A stretch of 64,000 bases of DNA from the human T2T-CHM13v2.0 reference genome, Homo sapiens, in assembly GCF_009914755.1 (NCBI RefSeq), contig NC_060935.1; one strand, written 5' to 3'. Under the pieces are notes generated by a model. It was not told the origin of the DNA. It searched no databases and saw only the letters and a program-made list of their open reading frames with translations. The position numbers were made by a program, and so were the translations under genes. Position 1 is the stretch's first letter, and each line of letters begins with the position of its first letter. Of this stretch, positions 59,363 to 64,000 are shown piece after piece.

Positions 59363-61529
59363 ATCAGTTGTAAGAAATTTTAAAAAATGTTCTAGCCTCA
59401 AGCCTGTCTGACTTCAAAGCCAGTGTGATTAAACCACTACACCACATGGTAAAGATCCCTTAGAAAAATGCCTATGTCAGCAGGCACAAATAAGGGACAC
59501 TCCTAGCTATTCAAAATTATTTTTGTCTCCTTAAACCCTAAAATAAAAAAGCACAAAACAAGAAATGGCTAACTGAGATAACTATAACATTTGAGGTGGG
59601 ATGATTTTAATAGACCTTATATACCATTTTAACTCTTTTAGGTTAAATCCCACTTCGTTGTTCAGTGATCTCAAAATGTGTTATGAATTCTTTTTGGTAG
59701 ATTTTCACATCAGTATTTCAAATCACCTTACTCTAGATGTTTTTCTCTTGGGTGTTCTTTTTGTTAATATTTTTAACTTCACAAAGCTCTTTTCTATCAT
59801 TTTAGTCAGTTAATTGAAAGCAAAGCTTAAAGGAAACCAACATGTTTAAAATAAACTTTTTAGGGTTGGAGACTACATGCTTTTTGTTATTTTTCTTGCT
59901 CTGATATCTCATTAGTGTTATTACATTCCTGAAATACCTAAAATGGTTAAAAGCATGAAAAGCACAAGTATTGAAAGACCTTAGGAGACTGCATTTTGAA
60001 GCCCTCAAAAATGTGAACCGGGAAATACATAAAACAACTTTGTTTGTTGGGGTTAAGGTCATGGGAAATACATCTGTTTGCATTTGTGGAGTATACTGTC
60101 GTAGAAAACTACGCCGCATGAAGCAATGGAGCAAAAAGCACAGCAGCAATATGCGGTTACATCATCTGCTAAGCATGTATATTACAAATTACTTGAAAGC
60201 AATAATCATGATATTCTGGATCCCACCAAAATGTTATGATTTAAACATCCACAACAAAGGCTGTGCCCAGAAGCCTTTGTTCTGAGCAGGGTTTATTTGA
60301 AGAAAATGGAATGTGATTGTAATAAGAAGCCTGGGCTGGCTGTGTCTCTCCAACTCATTAGGCTGCATGAGGTGGTAGGGTGAAGGGAGATGGGCTGGGG
60401 AGAGGCTGGTGAGTTCCACACAACACCCTGGGGCTTCACAAGGGAAGAGGAATGACAGGTGCAGAGGAGATATATGAAGTTCTCCATCAGATAGCTCCTG
60501 CAGAGTTGGAGTCCTAGCCTTCAGGGCAGAACTCTCAGGAGGTGCACTCTATCATAGTCAAAAATTCCAGTGATACATTGTTCATGAGAAAAATCAGACA
60601 AGGCAATTACAGGAAAGAGCAGGAAGCCACCTCCGTCTTCCAATCAGATTTTCAATATTTAACCATCACTTCCTAAGTACAGTTGGGCTCTCTGAATTAT
60701 GCAGCATCCACAAGACTGTCGGAGAAGATTTGTTCCTAATAATGGATTTTTGCATCACAAATGAATAGAGTTCTTTGTCTTTATATTCATCTCTCTTCTC
60801 TGTGGTTACTTCTTCCTAATTTGCGTTTTTACCTGTCACTTTGCCTATAAGAAATGTGAAAAATATGAAGAATCCTCTTTTATTATCATGGCCTATGAGT
60901 GCCCAAACTGTTTGACCCTATATGAATTAAATACACTTTTTTGGATATTTTGTTCTCCCTGTATGTAGGGTTTCAAATGGGTGCAAATAATATACAGTTA
61001 AATCTAAATGTGCTCTTTCCACCAGAAGAATAAAGTCTGTTACCAGCTGAAGATGAGAAAGTGGAAATAGGCATAGCTGAGATAAATTTAAAAAAAATGG
61101 GAGCCTTGGGCATTTTTCATAACAGCCCTGGAGTTAGTGGTTGGCTGGGAGGAGGGACTGTCCTGTGTGTGGCTTTGAAGTTATGTGGAAGTCATTCACA
61201 TTTAGCACATTATTCTCAGGCTATGGGGGTAAGGGTGATGCTCATATCTCGTAGAGAGAGAATGTTCACTTACTGAAAGCCTGCCTGGACTTTGTCCTTT
61301 TCCAGGCACCATTTAACTATTAGGAGTTCTAGATCGTACTTGGCATTAAGGATGTCATAACAAACTCCACTTTCTAAGGTTTCTGATCCTTAAATATAAT
61401 CAAGAGAAGTAATGGTTTATTTTCATCTGCATGCATTCTCATGCCTTTGTTGAGACTATGCCAGGGAAAAGCAAGAACATCCATTTAATGGGAAGTGTCA
61501 TATCTTCCTCCGACCCACCCTCCCTTCCT

Positions 61530-62320
61530 TTCTTCATTCCTTCCTTCAGCAGAGGTTTTCAAGTGCTTGCCATGTGCCAGATAGGCACTGTGCTAGGCTC
61601 TGGGGAAATCACAACTAACGACATGCAGCCTGTGTTTCAGGGATGATTTTACATTCCAGTATGGAATACAGAAAAGTGAACAGGCAATTGCAACTCAGTG
61701 TAATAAGTAGAATACATCTACTGATTATAATTATAACAATAATAGGGGTGTATTTCTTAGGTCATTCTCTCAACTATCCCTTGAGCTAGGTAGTAATTTT
61801 ATTCCTGTTTTACTGAAAAAGCTTGAGGCTTGGTCAATTTTGCAAGTTCATAAACTTAGCAAGTGTAAAGCTGGAATTTGAATCCTGGCCTGTGGAATTT
61901 GAATCCTGTTTGTGCAGTCCTAGAACTCAAGCACTTAACTTTGACACTAATTGGTTGCTATGGGAAAACATGGTGGTGGGAATGTACATCTGGCATGGTC
62001 TTGGAAGTCCCAGAGGGTGGTTACAGAAGGCTTCTTAGAGGAAGTTACAACTAATCTGAGGATTGAAGAGAGAATAATAGTGAAAAGAATAAGGCATGAA
62101 GAATAAGCTATATTTAGGTTGGAAACCTGGCCATTCCTACCTCTTAGCTTGGGTAAAATGTTTAACTTCTCAGCCTCAACTGCCTTATCTATTTAAAAAA
62201 ATGAGGCTAATATTATCCCTATTTCAGAGTTGTTAGAATGAAATGAGATAGCATAGCATATGTGAAAGTTTTAGCATAAGGCTTGGCATTAGGAAGACAC
62301 CCAGTAAATGTTTATTTTCT
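61530..62320. mobile_element. Cluster of L2 and MIR relics
   Basis: CATGTGCCAGATAGGCACTGTGCTAGG (L2); GCTGGAATTTGAATCC (antisense MIR); TTTAACTTCTCAGCCTCA...GAAATGAGATA (sense MIR). Confidence 0.65.
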
Positions 62321-63054
62321 ACACTTTTCCAAGCAATAATAGCGTTCTGCATTTTACCGTGTGTACCATGGAATGTGTGATCTGCCTTAACCCAAAAGCC
62401 ATGGGATAATTCAGATAGTTTAAAATGAGAGTTTAGATTATTTATTCTAATTTATATTAGTACTAACCCTAATATTGCCTTGGTTATTTTGGGTATTTCA
62501 CTTATCTACTTGCCTAACAACTCATTCAGCTATTACTGGGTGTATTTTAGAATAAACATTCCTGGAGGAAAAAGATGTTTGGCTATTTCTCAGAAATAAC
62601 GGAGCTTGAAAGGAGCATTTATCAAAACAACTAAAAAAAAATCTCTGTGACTGGTTGCTGGATTAAAGGAAGAAGACATGAATCTACAACATAATAAATT
62701 ACTAATTGTTTCTCAAGTTCATGGCCATTTGTAACATTTAAAAATAATTATGTACATTATGATAGAATTACTTTCAGATGTAAGAAACCCCTCTTCTCCA
62801 CACCATTTAATTAAACATTAGGTACTGTTGAAACAAATGGATGGAATTGGTTTAGGATAAATGGTTGTACCACTGTTACTGCAAGATGAATACTCATAAG
62901 CAAGATTCATAATCTTTCTCATTAAATCTCTTTTCCTCTTATGTGTCATATCTCAGTTCATATCTCAGTTAATATTATCACTATCCTCTAAATTACTCAG
63001 GCTAAAAACTTTGACTTATTTTTGTCTTCTCTTTATATCAAACCAGCTGTTAAA

Positions 63055-63739
63055 TGTGGTAGGCAGAATTCTAAGATGGTCCCCAAGATTCCTGCAACCT
63101 GGTTTAACACTTTCTATATAATTTCTTCCCTTTAAGCGTAGGTGGGACCTATGAATATGATGATGTCACTCTAGCGATTAGGTTACATTATATGGCAAAG
63201 GCAAAGGGATTTCACAGATGGAATTAAGGTCCCTAGTCACTTGATTTTGACTTAATCAAAGTGGATTATCCTAGGTGGGCCTGACCTAATCAGATGAGCC
63301 CTTTAAAACAGGGATTTAGCCTTCCTGAGTCCAGACATTTGGAGTAGCAGATGTACTCTTGCTGGTTCTGAAGAAATAAACTGTAATGTGATCAGAAGAA
63401 AGAGCATGCGGTGAGAATATGAGAGTGACCTCTAGGAGCTAAGAGGTGGTTTCCAGCCAGTAAGTACCAAGAAAAATGGGGAAGTCAGTCATATAACTAC
63501 AAAAAAAAATGAATTCTGCCAACAACCCAATTAAGCTTGGAAGCAGATTCTTCCCTAGTCAAACCTTCAGATAGGAATGTAACCCAACTGAAACCTTTAC
63601 TGCAGCCTTGTGAGACCTGAGCAGACACCTAGCTAAGCCACACCTGAACTCAACCCACAAACTGTGAGATAGCAAATGTATGTTGCTTTAACTGACTACA
63701 CTTGCATTAGCTTGCTATGCAGCATAGAAAACTAACACA
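63055..63739 (+). mobile_element. MLT1E-type MaLR solo LTR inserted in an L2
   Basis: TGTGGTAGGCAGAATTCTAAGATGGTCCCCAAGATTCC...GCAGCATAGAAAACTAACACA; TSD TTAAA/TTAAG. Confidence 0.9.
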
Positions 63740-64000
63740 TTAAGTTCTCTTCATTCTCCCCTTCCAGTGTCTTTATCTATCCCCTTTTCTCTATTACTAT
63801 GGCCCTCATTTATGTCTTCATGTCTCTCACCTGAACTAATAACTTTCTAACTAGTCTTGTCATTTTCAATTTTTCACTTCTCCAGGAAATCCACTGCCCC
63901 TATATCCACTGTATTCTGTCTTATAGAATGTAGTTTTGATTATATCTCCCCCTTTAAAAATTCTCATTGCTCCCAGTTTTCTCCACTGTCAAGGGAGTAT

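Noticed and set aside
60283-60600. Possible old LTR on the minus strand
   Set aside because: Only a vague resemblance; I could not define termini or family

Overview
This is primate, most likely human, genomic DNA. It is AT-rich, CpG-poor and dominated by interspersed repeats, as in intergenic or deep-intronic sequence. I see no convincing cellular protein-coding gene. Almost all listed ORFs come from Alu, L1, simple repeats or chance. The exception is a near full-length, decayed ERV-L provirus on the minus strand (about 37350-44328) with two MLT2-type LTRs and gag-pro-RT-RNaseH-IN-dUTPase remnants but no env. Other elements are about 15 Alu/FAM/FLAM/FRAM copies, L1PA/L1PB/L1M pieces, L2 and MIR relics, two THE1 and several MLT1 solo LTRs, MER DNA transposons and a 5S rRNA pseudogene. 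The most notable observations are: a tailless 5S retropseudogene, a ~950-bp palindromic AT-rich VNTR inside an L1PB, an old ~100-bp local duplication inside an L2, a tailless Alu nested in inverse orientation in an AluJ, an unclassified LTR-like insert, a consensus DUX4 motif in a THE1 LTR, and several exon- or splice-like signals. I found no solid evidence for a wholly new biological system. Family and subfamily names come from my recall of consensus sequences, and the boundaries of old repeats are approximate.
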